A program made the translations under genes and the position numbers. From Laetmonice hystrix (lineage: Eukaryota), in NCBI GenBank assembly GCA_965235115.1, contig OZ249436.1, positions 29,450,001-29,514,000 on the forward strand: a stretch of DNA of 64,000 bases, in the 5' to 3' direction. Positions 52,070 to 64,000 of this stretch are shown one piece after another. Under the pieces are notes generated by a model. It was not told the origin of the DNA and searched no databases. It worked only from the letters and a program-made list of their open reading frames with translations. The first letter of the stretch is position 1, and the number at the start of each line of letters is the position of its first letter.

Positions 52070-55000
52070 AAATATATTTATTCATATATTTCTATTGATA
52101 GTATTAATTCTGTAATAGAAACGTCTAAAATGTTTGAATTAAGTTGTCTATAGACACAAATATAATTATACAGCATATTCACTGCGGTATCTCTTTTTAA
52201 CGTATTAAAACCAAAGAAAAGTTTGGTGATGAAAGAGCTATAAATGCAAACTCAAACAAATAGTTTGTCACTCATAGTTGAGTGACTGTCACCGTTACTT
52301 TACTTCTCTAAATGAAACGATATCGTTAAATCTTACCCACCTCGGCCAAAACGAATTGTTTTATAAGTTATCTGACCTTGAAAAGTAGAAAGTTTTGCCG
52401 AATGTTACAAGTAATCCCCATTTGCTGGCATCGTTGACATCAACATCAAAAGAAGCAGACATCGGTTCTCCCATCGGGCACAGCAGACACGTAATATCTT
52501 CCGAGTGTAATTTACATTTAAATTAATAATTGGGTAAATGACGTGTGCTTGTCCCCCGTGCCACCGACCCGTGGCTCGGCGGGAGGTCGCGCGTGATGGC
52601 TTACAGACGATCCCCCGAGTAGTACACGACGTCGGGGATTTGGCAGCGGGCGCTATTTGATCGGGTCCCGGGGCGCGACGCCCGCCGGGCCGGCCGCGAG
52701 ACGGGCGGCGCGCTCCCTGCCTGCCGATCTTCAACATCTGCGATGTGCGCTAATATAAGTAGATAATGAAAGGAATGTAGCTGGGGACGAAGTGTGTGCT
52801 CGGAGTGTGGCGAGCCGGGTGAGACAGAGGATGACGGATGACACCGCACGGTGACGGCCTGACGCGGTCGGCGTCACATGCCCGTATCGAAAACTTGAGG
52901 GAGCGATGGAGGAGGAGGGGGGGACATGGCGAACCAAGAGGCCATCAAGTTTGTTAACGGCGGCCTTGGGTTTGAAACAGTCTTTATTCACAACGGAATC
53001 TTTACCTTAACAACACATGTCATCTCAGGCATCTCGCTGTATCTTAGCGCTCGGACCCACATGAAAACAACATCCTTGATCGTGCGGTGGGACCTTATCA
53101 GAAACCAATTTGTCATATCTGACGCATAAAAACGCATGCACAGTTGTTATCAAGTGTACGAAGTTGTATTTCAGCTGTCGAAGGAAATTGATACGAGAGG
53201 GGTTTGATGTGGCATTGGCATAGATGTTATCTGTTGTAGCTTACAATCGATTACATCTTGACGTTATTCCCCCTCTCTCCCCCCTCTCCCCCCTCTCCCC
53301 CCTCTCCCTCACAGGACAAAAACAGTCTGCACCACCTCAGTGAAACTGATATATCTTATTCCAGTCAGGCTGTGCTGGCTGGGTGAGGAGGCCACCTCGG
53401 GACGCAGGTCTATAGGGACGGATTATCTAAATACATTTTAGTGAGTCTGTCCGAACTCGACTGGAATGCGTGTCAGTGTGAAAGACGTGAACGACCGTCG
53501 CTTGATTTATATCTTCATTCTTTCTCTCCGGGTGTAACGTAAACAGCAGGCGACTCGGGTACGGAGAATGAAAGTATACTTTGAGTTGTCATCATAGGAA
53601 TCTTTGCATAGAAATGGAACCTCTCTAAACTAATTGTCTACAGGAAAGTTGCGGTGATGATCGTTGTAAGGAAAGAATTTCCTCAATATTTAAGATGCTA
53701 CCTTCACGGTCGGAGAAGCAACTTGAATAAGGCCACACCCAGATGTATAGTTTGACCTTTGACCGGGGTTCTGAGTACCAAACGACTATTATATTTACAA
53801 CACTCGATATCCCCCCCCCCCCCCAAAAAAAAATACATGCCACGCCCAAAGAGATCCCCCTCCCCCCTCCCACACCAAAAAGATTCGCTTCTGGCTTTAG
53901 TGGATATCGATGCCTTTCTTTCATTACACACATGACGGCTATTTAACAACGGTACCTCGTTCAATCAATAACCCGCCCTGGTTGTGTCGCTCGACGCCAC
54001 ACGGGTCCTGCCGACTCCCAAAGAAAGCTCGCTGTTATACCCCATGTGTTGCTCTGGGAGGGTTCAGACACAACCAGAACAAATACCTCCACCAACAACC
54101 TGATGTCCACGCCTTCAAAGTCTCCGTTAGAATTCCAGACATGTCTGCAGGCGAGTCGCCGCCCCTGCAGAATCTCCGCCTCAAAAGGCCGGCTGTGTGT
54201 TGGCGGGTACCGGGGCTTATCACGTCTGTGTCCCCGGGAGCCTCGGCGGGCGGCGGGCGGCGGGCGGCGGGTAGCAGCGGGCAGGTCGGGGGGACATGGC
54301 AGGTCTCCCGGGGACCGCAGGGATAGGGCAGGCGACAGCGGCGGCAAGTCAGAAACAGGATAATCAGGGCATAATACAGGCAGAGTGGGGCGTGGAGACA
54401 GTGGGTGAAGATAGCTTTAAATCTCGCAGTTAAACAGTCAGTAATCAGTGCTACGGACTTCCTAATTATAGACCTACAAAATGATCAATTGTATAGGTTT
54501 TATCTTTGGTCGAAGAGTTGTTTAGGGGGAAAGTGTACAGAAATAACACGGGTCAAAAAGTCCCTGAGGTATGCTTGGGTCTCTATAAGTCACTGGTTGT
54601 TCCCAATCTGATACCCCTGGGAAAACCTCAAAACAAAAGGCGTCCTGTATAACACCTACCTCTTACACTCGGTAATATATTGCGTCCTATATATACAACC
54701 TCGTAAAGGCCAAACTAATAACGTGAGAAAGACAAGGGCAGAATTCGCATGTAATCAGATTGTAGAATCTGATAGTATAAACCCAATGGTACAATTAATG
54801 ATCCTCAAGGACATGGATAAGTAATTATATCCTTGAGTAATGACTTACATGATATACATCACATGGAGAAACCATGCACCTTTTGTCGTTTAATCATTTT
54901 AACCAAGAGTTAAATACACTTGATAGATGACTATAAAATTAACGTTCCCGTGAAAAAAACTTCCTCAGTTATAAATACAAGGGACAGATCTAGTTAGAAA

Positions 55001-58000
55001 CGCCTATTATTATTTCTAGTTACCTGACACTTGCGTCCAATTAAATAAAACTCGAGTAGTTTAAGATTGCCGGGCGTTTTGCCTCTGAATGTGATTTCAT
55101 CTGATAACGTTATGTAAGAGAGATCAGCGGCCGGGCTGGCTGCTATGGCGGGCGGGAGGGACAGAGAAGGGAGTTGATCGCATTGATCAGTTCCGAGAGG
55201 CTGTCCGTCCGCCGGTGATGTGCCGGCCTAATTAGAGCCTATTGGAAATCGTTGATGGTCACGCCCCCTTCTACCACTATCACAGCATCATCTCAGCCCG
55301 CGCGTGTTGCGCTCCCTGGTGTCTGGCGGCCGAGTGACAGGTTGGAGGAATTAGCTCCACAGAGAAACAAGTATTAAATTGGGGACCAGGGAAGGCTATG
55401 GGAGATAATGAAAAATGACGATGGATATCAGAGATGAAGGCCCGCTGTTGTTACATCATCTGGCTGGGAACCTTTTTCTGTCGGTCATAGATAATTGGTA
55501 TTGATATTAAAGTTGATCGCAAGCCTCCAACACGAAGTCGTGCGGGGACTGCCACACCTCCCCCCAGGGTCCCCACAGTCGGCATGAAGATCTGACTTAA
55601 ACAACGCACGGCCGGCGGGGTGTGCAGTCAGTCTTAACTCAGTACATGGTCGCCAAGGATAATTCTTCAGGACCTAGAACAACGTGTAAGAGTAAGATCT
55701 AGTATAACTCAGACCTGTTTTTAATGCACATAGGCCTACAATAGGCTATATCTGAAAGGATGGTTCGACGAATGAACGATTAAATGAATCATGGAGTTTA
55801 TGTGTGACATATCTATGAATTACGTGGGCCTTCAGACCCTTTCTCACTACTGGATGGTGGAATATTATAGGGACCTATAATAGATGACGTCATTGTGAAG
55901 AGCCACAGCCAAGGTCATTCCATAATTGCTTAAGGGTGACCAAAAGAAGATTGCCATAGCATAACCATGCTTACATGCGAGTTATGCCCTAAAAAAGAAG
56001 TTATTTTATGTAGGCCTTAACATTATAGCTTTAACTTTAGAGCCCTCTGAAAGTGGTTTCTGGATTTATAAGGCTTTTGAATGCATATCAGCGACCTGGA
56101 ATCTAGTTTGAAGTCAGGGAGCGACGATAGTCTTTGACCTTATATAGGCCTACAGCTTGACCTTGGTCCATGCAGGATGACTATTACTCCCGGGGGGTAC
56201 GACCTGCAGGACGCCTCCGGAATCTTCGGGGGGGGGGGGGTCCCTGTATCCCCCCGTGCATCCTTGTTCAGGGCACATGCATGGAACCATTGTAATTATT
56301 TAAATCAGGCAAGTTTTCTCGTTGTGTTTCATGGTAAGCGTCCAAGAAGTTTCTTTCAGAATATTTAGACCCGAACATCCAGCCCACCATCTTTGACATC
56401 CCGAACTCCTACAGTATATGCATTGGGCGGTCTCTTAGGTCGCGACTTGGGCTCGTACTTAGGTCTCGCGTCACTGATTGAGTCGCAAGGCTACATGATG
56501 GAGCTGTCATGCCGATACACAATACAGACCCTGCCTTATTCCACAGTAATTACATCTTGCGCTAGATGCCGAGAAATGGGTTCAAGTGTCATCCCCACCA
56601 GGACCAACTCCATTGACTTTTATCACTCCCGGGGGACAAGGCATTAATCTCGTGGCCGACTGGTCGCGTTATGTGCTCAATCAAATCTCGACCTCATATG
56701 CAGTAGATAAGCGAAGATTTCCGGCGTAGATTTAATGTAATACTGCGTGCTGATCTATCAACCACGCGGCTCACACTAATACAAACTTGCCCACGAAACG
56801 CAACGTCGCACTTAATCAATGTTTGACAGGGCATGTATTCTGGGGCACGTCGCCAACCTGGGATGCTATAGTTTACACAGGCGGTCGGGTCAGTGGCATC
56901 TCGTCGGGGGCCAACCGACCATTAGGTGGTCGTATTAAGGCACGCCTCGCCTTATCCGCTTGATGATTTAAACGCCACTGATGATGTCCAACAAGACTTT
57001 TATCGTGTCTCCGAGTTCAGAGGCCACACTCGTCTAGTACGACTTATCAGTGAGCAAGGCGGCCGCTGGTCCGGTCCCTATCTGTGCCCCGTTACCCCCC
57101 AGGGATGAGCCCTTACACATATAAAGGAACGCGCACGTCGCCCACAGATCAACCTGGGATAACCCCGGATAACGATGGCCGAGAGGCTAATTGGGAGTCC
57201 ACTGGGCACGTCCTTTCCCCCACACACTCCCCGGTCTCCTCGCCAGTGTATTATGTCACCATAAATAACACAAATAACGATACCGTAGAAAACACGTAAT
57301 ATAAGAAAGTCTATATATGGATAATTGTGACTTATGTTCCTGAATATATAGGCATAGGTCCTTATATACGTATACAGGGCTATGATATATGGTGCTATGT
57401 TATCAAGGCTATGTTTCAACTTCTGCGAATCCACGAACTGGCAGAATTAACCCCGAAATCAATCTTCACTATACTTGGCGATAATCGATGATTACTACCG
57501 GTAGCAAACCTTTTGTTTTTAAAAATTCCCCGGATGCAGTGGCTGATTTCACATTAAAACACTCTCCATCTCCGCATTGCGTGCCATTGCTTGCCCCTCT
57601 GTTTCATAATGCGGTCGGGTATTTTTCATAATGCGGTCGGGTATTTTTCAAAGTGATGGATAGCCAGGATGCTTCATCCTATCTTACAAGATTATTTCTC
57701 CAGCATTGCGTTCATGTATGTTTACATTGAGAAGCACCCGGCGCCCCACTCCCAGATATCACCTCTTTTGATATTGAAAATGGGATTACACACATGAATA
57801 AATGCATATTTGACCGTCCCAGATAGAGTAAGGGGATAGCGTATCTATAATAGAGGGTCTATATGCAGGTTACCTCTACCCCTGGGCCATCTTTTTTAGA
57901 ACTCCAGTTCTCTAAGACACTATCAGGTAATTGCACTGACACGGCGTTACAGGGGGGAGGAAAGCAAGGGGAATTGTTACTCGGGTGTCCTCAAGTTTAT

Positions 58001-60290
58001 TTACTGTAGCAGATGAGGAGGTCAGGAAAATATGTTGGTGGCAAATCCCCCCAGGTGTGGCGGGTGCGCAGGGAAGGGGGCAGACTTGTAATTACCCCAG
58101 CAGTGGTAAGGTTAATGTCGTAACCGATGTTCTAGGTTTGATCGATATCGACGAAGATATCGGGGCAGTGGCATACAGGAACGATATGCTGGTACGGGAC
58201 TGCGAGACGTGCAGGGAACAATGGACCATAGGCAGACGGCGGGCCGAACGCTATCACTATACACAATGACGAATGGCCGCTGGCTACAAGTTGGGACCAG
58301 CACGTAGTTAGCCCCTGGCCTGCCCTCTGTAAGCCCCTTAGCTTATGGTCCTGCCGTACGTTTGTCTTATCTACAGTTCCAAGTGGGGGGAATCCCGACA
58401 CATGTGCATACATCACGCCAGCGAGACAGTGCGATTAGGCTATAAGGCCGAGAGGATATATTCCACTGCAAACGACGTCTTGCGTAAGATTGCCTTCTTC
58501 TCTCCGACAGACCTGATTACCATAAGGAAGAGATTTGCTCAAGTCCATGTATATCAGTGTATATCAATGTAAATATACATGATATTATTGGGAATCCTAT
58601 GAGGAAAAATGCAGAATGCCTGATGATATGGTCACTTTTCGTATACTACTTGTGCTTCAGTAAATAGTAGGCCTATATACTATAGCTATCCTATCTCAGA
58701 ATGCGGGTATTTTACCAAAGTTACTATTTACAAGAAGAAGGTATTCTTCTAACCTTCTTCCAACTTTTGCCAAAAGTTACAACTGTTTAAAAGAAAATAT
58801 GCATGAATAGAAATTCAATGTAAGTTTCGAAGAAAGACACATAAGATGCCCTCCCTCTCCATTCCCTTGACTGCGTACACGTATTTGTCGGTTTCATTCT
58901 CTTCAGAGACACTTATAATTACATGGCATTCTTGGAGAAGGACTCGTATAGTCAACCATATGTGAAAGGTACGACTTTGTTTTCTCATTTGAATTAATGC
59001 ACCCCAAAGACAGAAACCCCATCTCAAAGTAATTCCTAGTTCTCGTCATTGTCCTTATCGCCTTTGAAGTACAGTTTCCATAATAGGATGCTTTCATAAG
59101 GCAGAGTGCCTTATAGAAGGAATTTATTTTTTGGGTCGGTAACCTAAGGAAAGACGTTGGTTTATTCTGCAGGACCCTAGGTTATGGAAATGTGCGTATT
59201 GTGTCATTACATACTTAAATGTCGAATAATGCAGATTCATTAGAACATAAGGCACAAAAGATGTTTCAAACGAATGACATATCTACGATTGCTAACTTGA
59301 AGAAATACAAATATTCTGTCATCTGGGACACCACAAAGGTGGACAGAAATTAGGCAAAGCTTGATGCTTTCAGCGGGGCCCTGAGTTGGGCCCATAAATT
59401 ACTCTGTAAATATGACATGTCCTTACATGTATATGGAGTTAATATAAGGGGTGAGAAGGTGTAAGTAGATAGTGATGATATATTATAGGTGATTTATAGT
59501 TACATATTGATGATTTTGGACAAGAACATGACCTATATTCATTTGACAAGTAAATCCAATGTCTGTGCCATAGAATTAAACGTGACTCCGACATCGGTAA
59601 AGGCACCTCTGTGAATGACACTCAAAGTATACTTCCTGTCTGATCGTGATCCAGGTACTCACTGAACACCCTATATAGCGGACACCATCCTATTACACCC
59701 TTTCATCTTTCCCCCCTATAGGAAGGATCTCTGAGGGTGACGGGAGTTGGTGGTGGATGGCCGGGGGGGGGGGGGGGTGAGGACGACACACCTCTTGTGT
59801 TGTGTTCAAAGACTGGAGCGCGGTTCGGGTTGAACACCACCTGCCCAGGCCGATAACATTGTCTCCCGGGTTGAACACCGCCTGCTCAGGCCGTTAGCAT
59901 TGTCTCCAGGAGTAACAGACAACAGCAGAAGATCAGCTTTCATTAAGATCTCATACCTTTGAAACTGGCGAAGCTTACAGACGAGCACAGCACCAGACAG
60001 GGCCGGTTCGATGGGTCCTCCTCTCCTGTGTGCTTTTTGGTGAGAGGTTTTGTGGGAGGACTTGTACGCAGGTGAACATTTTGCCACTCGCTGGCATTTT
60101 CTGAAGATTCTTGTGAGTAAAGCTTATTGTGAGATATGGGTAACCGCGATCACAACAATACGTTATTCTGTAATTGTTGGCTGGGTGACCGTCCGACATT
60201 ATTTGCACTCACTTACCCCCAGGTACGGCGGGGTGTACCCGGTGGGGGTCACGTATAGATTGTGCTACATGCTCTCTGTCATGTCATGTC

Positions 60291-60581
60291 CCGGTGTCCC
60301 AATTTCAAATTACCCCCCTGTCAGATTACCGGGGGGTAACCTGAAGCTAACTTCAAATTACCCCCCTCGGTTAGGGTTAAGGTAAGTTTAGGGTTAGTTC
60401 TATTTGAATTAAAGCGCTAAACATTTTTTATCCGAAGTTTATCTTATGTAATTTGAAACTGGGGGAGGGGGTAATTTGAAGCTAGCTTCAGATTACCGGG
60501 GGGTAATTTGAATCTAGCTTCAGATTACCGGGGGTAACTTCAATGGGGGGGGGGGGGGGTAATCTGAAATTGTTACACCGG
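60291..60581. mobile_element. MITE, about 290 bp, with internal inverted subrepeats and a telomere-like core
   Basis: Imperfect TIRs CCGGTGTCCCAATTTCAAATTACCCCCC / GGGGGGTAATCTGAAATTGTTACACCGG. Internal ttcagattaccgggggg subrepeats and ggttagggttaagg...ttagggtta. Confidence 0.65.
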
Positions 60582-60702
60582 TGCCCATACAGTGAATCCA
60601 GTAGGAGTTGTTGGTTTGGATTTTATTGTCTACATGCAGCTTAGTCATGTGGATAGAGATACAAGGAAACTTTAAAAGAAATTTATGGGGGAGGGTTCAT
60701 CA

Positions 60703-60762
60703 AACAAACAACAATAACAGCAAACAAACAAACAAACAAACAACAAAGATACAAACAAACCA
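60703..60762. repeat. (CAAA)n-like microsatellite
   Basis: Direct reading. Confidence 0.85.
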
Positions 60763-61078
60763 AGTGTTTAACTTTTTGACGGCTACACAAACTAACGACC
60801 CGACCCATGACCTGTAGATGTCTAGATCTCTGTAACTTTGGTCTGGCACTTATCAAACTTATTAAATAAATAAATAATAGGTTTCTAAACTTATGAGAAC
60901 CATTTTTGTATATAGATACCTGTATACGAAGAAGACCTTGTAAAGACGACAAGAAACGACAGTAAGAAACTTACTTTTCATGACTTTTCGGTGACTGTAC
61001 GGTAACACAACACCTGTTTGTGGTTGTTATAACCGCACACAACAAGAGACGTTTTCCGACGAGCAATACCTGCTTGAT

Positions 61079-61306
61079 TAAGTTCAGTGCCCTTCCGGTC
61101 CCCGCCAGTCTGGCTCTCTCATTTAAAGTTCAGTGCCCTTCCGGTCCCCGCCAGTCTGGCTCTCTCATTTAAAGTTCAGTGCTCTTCCGGTCCCTGCCAG
61201 TCTGGCTCTCTCATTTAAAGTTCAGTGCCCTTCCGGTCCCCGCCAGTCTGGCTCTCTCATTTAAAGTTCAGTGCCCTTCCGGTCCCTGCCAGTCTGGCTC
61301 TCTCAT
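61079..61306. repeat. Minisatellite, 46-bp unit, about 5 copies
   Basis: Unit aagttcagtgcccttccggtccccgccagtctggctctctcattta. Confidence 0.95.
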
Positions 61307-64000
61307 TAAGAGGGAAACATCAGGTCGGGCTATAGCAGGAGAACAAACTAATCGACGTCTAGGACTACCAGAGCTACGCCAACTGGAGAACAATAATTGT
61401 TAACCTTTCCATAAAACTGATATTAAGTGTTACAGCACTCAATACTTGTAATTCCATCTACATGTATATCTATAATCTGGCCTCAAACGTGAAGCATGGT
61501 ATCCTCCATTTGTCTATAAAAATTAGGGGCTTATCTATCTCCACAGTTGAACCCTTTCTTTTAGTTCTCTATGAAGTACAAGTTTAGTTAAACCTATATA
61601 AGTCATACTCATCGTACGTTAAGGTGGTTTAATAGCCGATACAACAAGAAAAAATAGATTCTAAGTGATACCTAATTGGAGCTAGTTATACCAGAAAAGC
61701 CTGATCATTTGGTGTAACCTTTACCCACACGCCTCTATACATGGCGTATTCCGTTCCCGATGCCTCCCAATGCTAACCCACCTCCCTACCGAACGACTCT
61801 GGAGACAGACTGCCGAATCTAGCGGTGATGAGTCGGGGGTGTCGGCCAGTATGGATGACCACTGGCTGCAGGGTGCTTTGCCTGTCAATGTGGGGTCGGG
61901 TCTGTCGTGGCCTGTCTACCTCCAATGTTTTCCTAATTCGTCCTAATTCAACGTCCCTCGATAACACATACTTCACTGTCGCCCGGTAATGGATGACGGG
62001 GTCTATACGTAAGCAAGGCAATGACTGTTATTCTCGACTTAGCATCTCTTGGTCTCAAGGCGCGCCACAGGAGCCTGCCAACGTAATTAAGGTCTGCATG
62101 TGAGCCAGGCAGAAGGAAATGATGAAAATATATCATAGCCGGCCCGGTATTCACTAAAATTTGTCGCATGACAAACACGATGCACCAACTGATTCATTTG
62201 CTTGTCAATTGGAACGTCAATTTGTGGCCTCAGAGAAATATCCACGTCATATCCACTGGATTTGACGGCAGGATTTTGGCGAAGAGCAATAATTAAATCT
62301 AGAGGATTGCGTGCAAGGCGCTGGGAGATCCAACTCAGACCGACTAGTTAGTTAACTTTATAATCAAAATACACAGCGGTTACATCAACGTCTGAGACCC
62401 CGCTAATTGATTCCAGTGAATAACGACTTCAATTAGGTCGCCCGGGTATAATAATTAATTTGTATCAGAATGCAGATCAAGATAATCCCGTATTAAAATT
62501 ACATATGTATGACAGAGACACAGAGGGCTCGCGACACCACCGCGGGAATTGATAATTATTTGCAAATGGACGAATCAATACAATCAAAAAGCCATGAATA
62601 CAAATTCGCTTAAATATTTTATCCATGTATCTATTCCGGGCCGGGGTTTCAATCAAATCGGGCAAATTTGTTCAGGATTTGATGATCTATCACTGGCAGT
62701 CATGAAAAGTATCGCATGTGGTCTGCGACGCGCGCCAATAATTTAAGTAAATATTCACCAATAAAAGATTGGGGTGAAATTGAGATGGGACACCGACATG
62801 AGGTGCCCGGATATGGGAGATTCGGCCATGTTCGAACAGATTAATCTTTATTTCTTTCAATATTTGATAGCAGCGAGTAGGAGATAAAATATCCATGAGA
62901 AAATTGAATATAATAGCAATTTACAAAGCGTGATCGGCCATATCATTTTGGTGGTCGTGAGGCGGACAATAAGAAGCTCGCCAGTGGCCCTCATGTTGTG
63001 TTTGTCTGCCGACCATCCGTGGTCTGCCCACCGTATTCAACGCTTGTTTGCGCATGTTTAACAAACACTCGATTGGATGACTTTCAGAAAGAGTCGGCCC
63101 CAGTGTGGATTTCCTATACAGTACAGAGCTGGGCGCGAAAGCCCAAGTGCGGTCCTAATCAAACGGCATTATTTACCAAATTAGGCACTGTTAATGACTT
63201 AATCTTTGCGGCTTATTTACTAAACAAGGTGCTGTATTCAAACAGGACATGTACTGCAATTAGGGAAAGACAATAATAATTATACTATGGATTCTGTGTA
63301 ACGGAAACATTCAGACTGTCCAGGGTTATGGAGCTGCATGCGACTAGCCTATACTTTACCTGTGCATCTTTTATTCACTTATATGGGGGGGGGGGGGGGG
63401 TGTCAGAAAACTGACAACTTAATCTCATTCAAAAATACACGTCCACGTGTACATCATTATGTACGCATACACTGTGGCATTATTGTGAAAACAATTCCTT
63501 AATTTCCTTAACGTAAAAAAAATACATTAAGGGTTACACCTTTGCCCTTATTGTAAAAGTTTTAACATATTAAGGGTTACAACTTGAGCCTTAATGTAAA
63601 ACTGTTTTACCTTAAAGCAGAGTACCAACAAACTGGTGACCATGAAAAATTATATTTGGATGTGTCTAGTGACATTACATTGCATCGTCTAACACATACT
63701 GTAGCACATAGATGCTTTATGCTCAAAATAGGTTATACATGCGTAATGCATAATGTATGTATTATAATGTAGATTTATACATACACACATGTAGATACAT
63801 ATCAAGCAGACTATTCTGCTTTCATATCAATCTCAAGGATTATAATGTATTAAGTCGTAGCTGGCGTGACTTGCCGTGCTTTTCTCAGAAGTTGTACTTA
63901 ATACCCGCCGCTATTATTCTTATTTTCTGTCTATGACAAAAAGTGTGCGAAGCGACGACACAGAAAGAGTTTTTAGTATCCCCTCTTATATTTTATTTAA

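Noticed and set aside
57985-58572. Cluster of 63-94 aa ORFs downstream of SKOR
   Set aside because: No recognisable domain, and the ORFs overlap on both strands.

Overview
Eukaryotic (animal, probably invertebrate bilaterian) genomic scaffold with two N gaps. It contains one recognisable protein-coding gene, a SKI-family transcriptional corepressor of the SKOR/Fussel/Corl class, on the + strand. I reconstruct seven coding exons (43701-45710, 47067-47127, 47552-47653, 48244-48318, 48968-49042, 50553-50618, 50931-51025; 2484 nt, 827 aa). There is also a probable non-coding first exon near 41.7 kb and poly(A) signals near 52.06 kb. The remaining ~55 kb is a gene-desert-like landscape with seven unrelated minisatellites (35-58 bp units, several with higher-order structure), microsatellites, at least three inverted-repeat (MITE/foldback) elements and GC/CpG-rich patches. 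The most unusual feature is that the conserved 75-nt coiled-coil exon 5, with both splice sites, has been amplified into a 13-copy tandem array with 23-nt spacers. From copy 5 onward the donor-to-donor spacing is always a multiple of 3, giving an open frame and a ladder of in-frame alternative 5' splice sites. All other ORFs in the supplied track look spurious.
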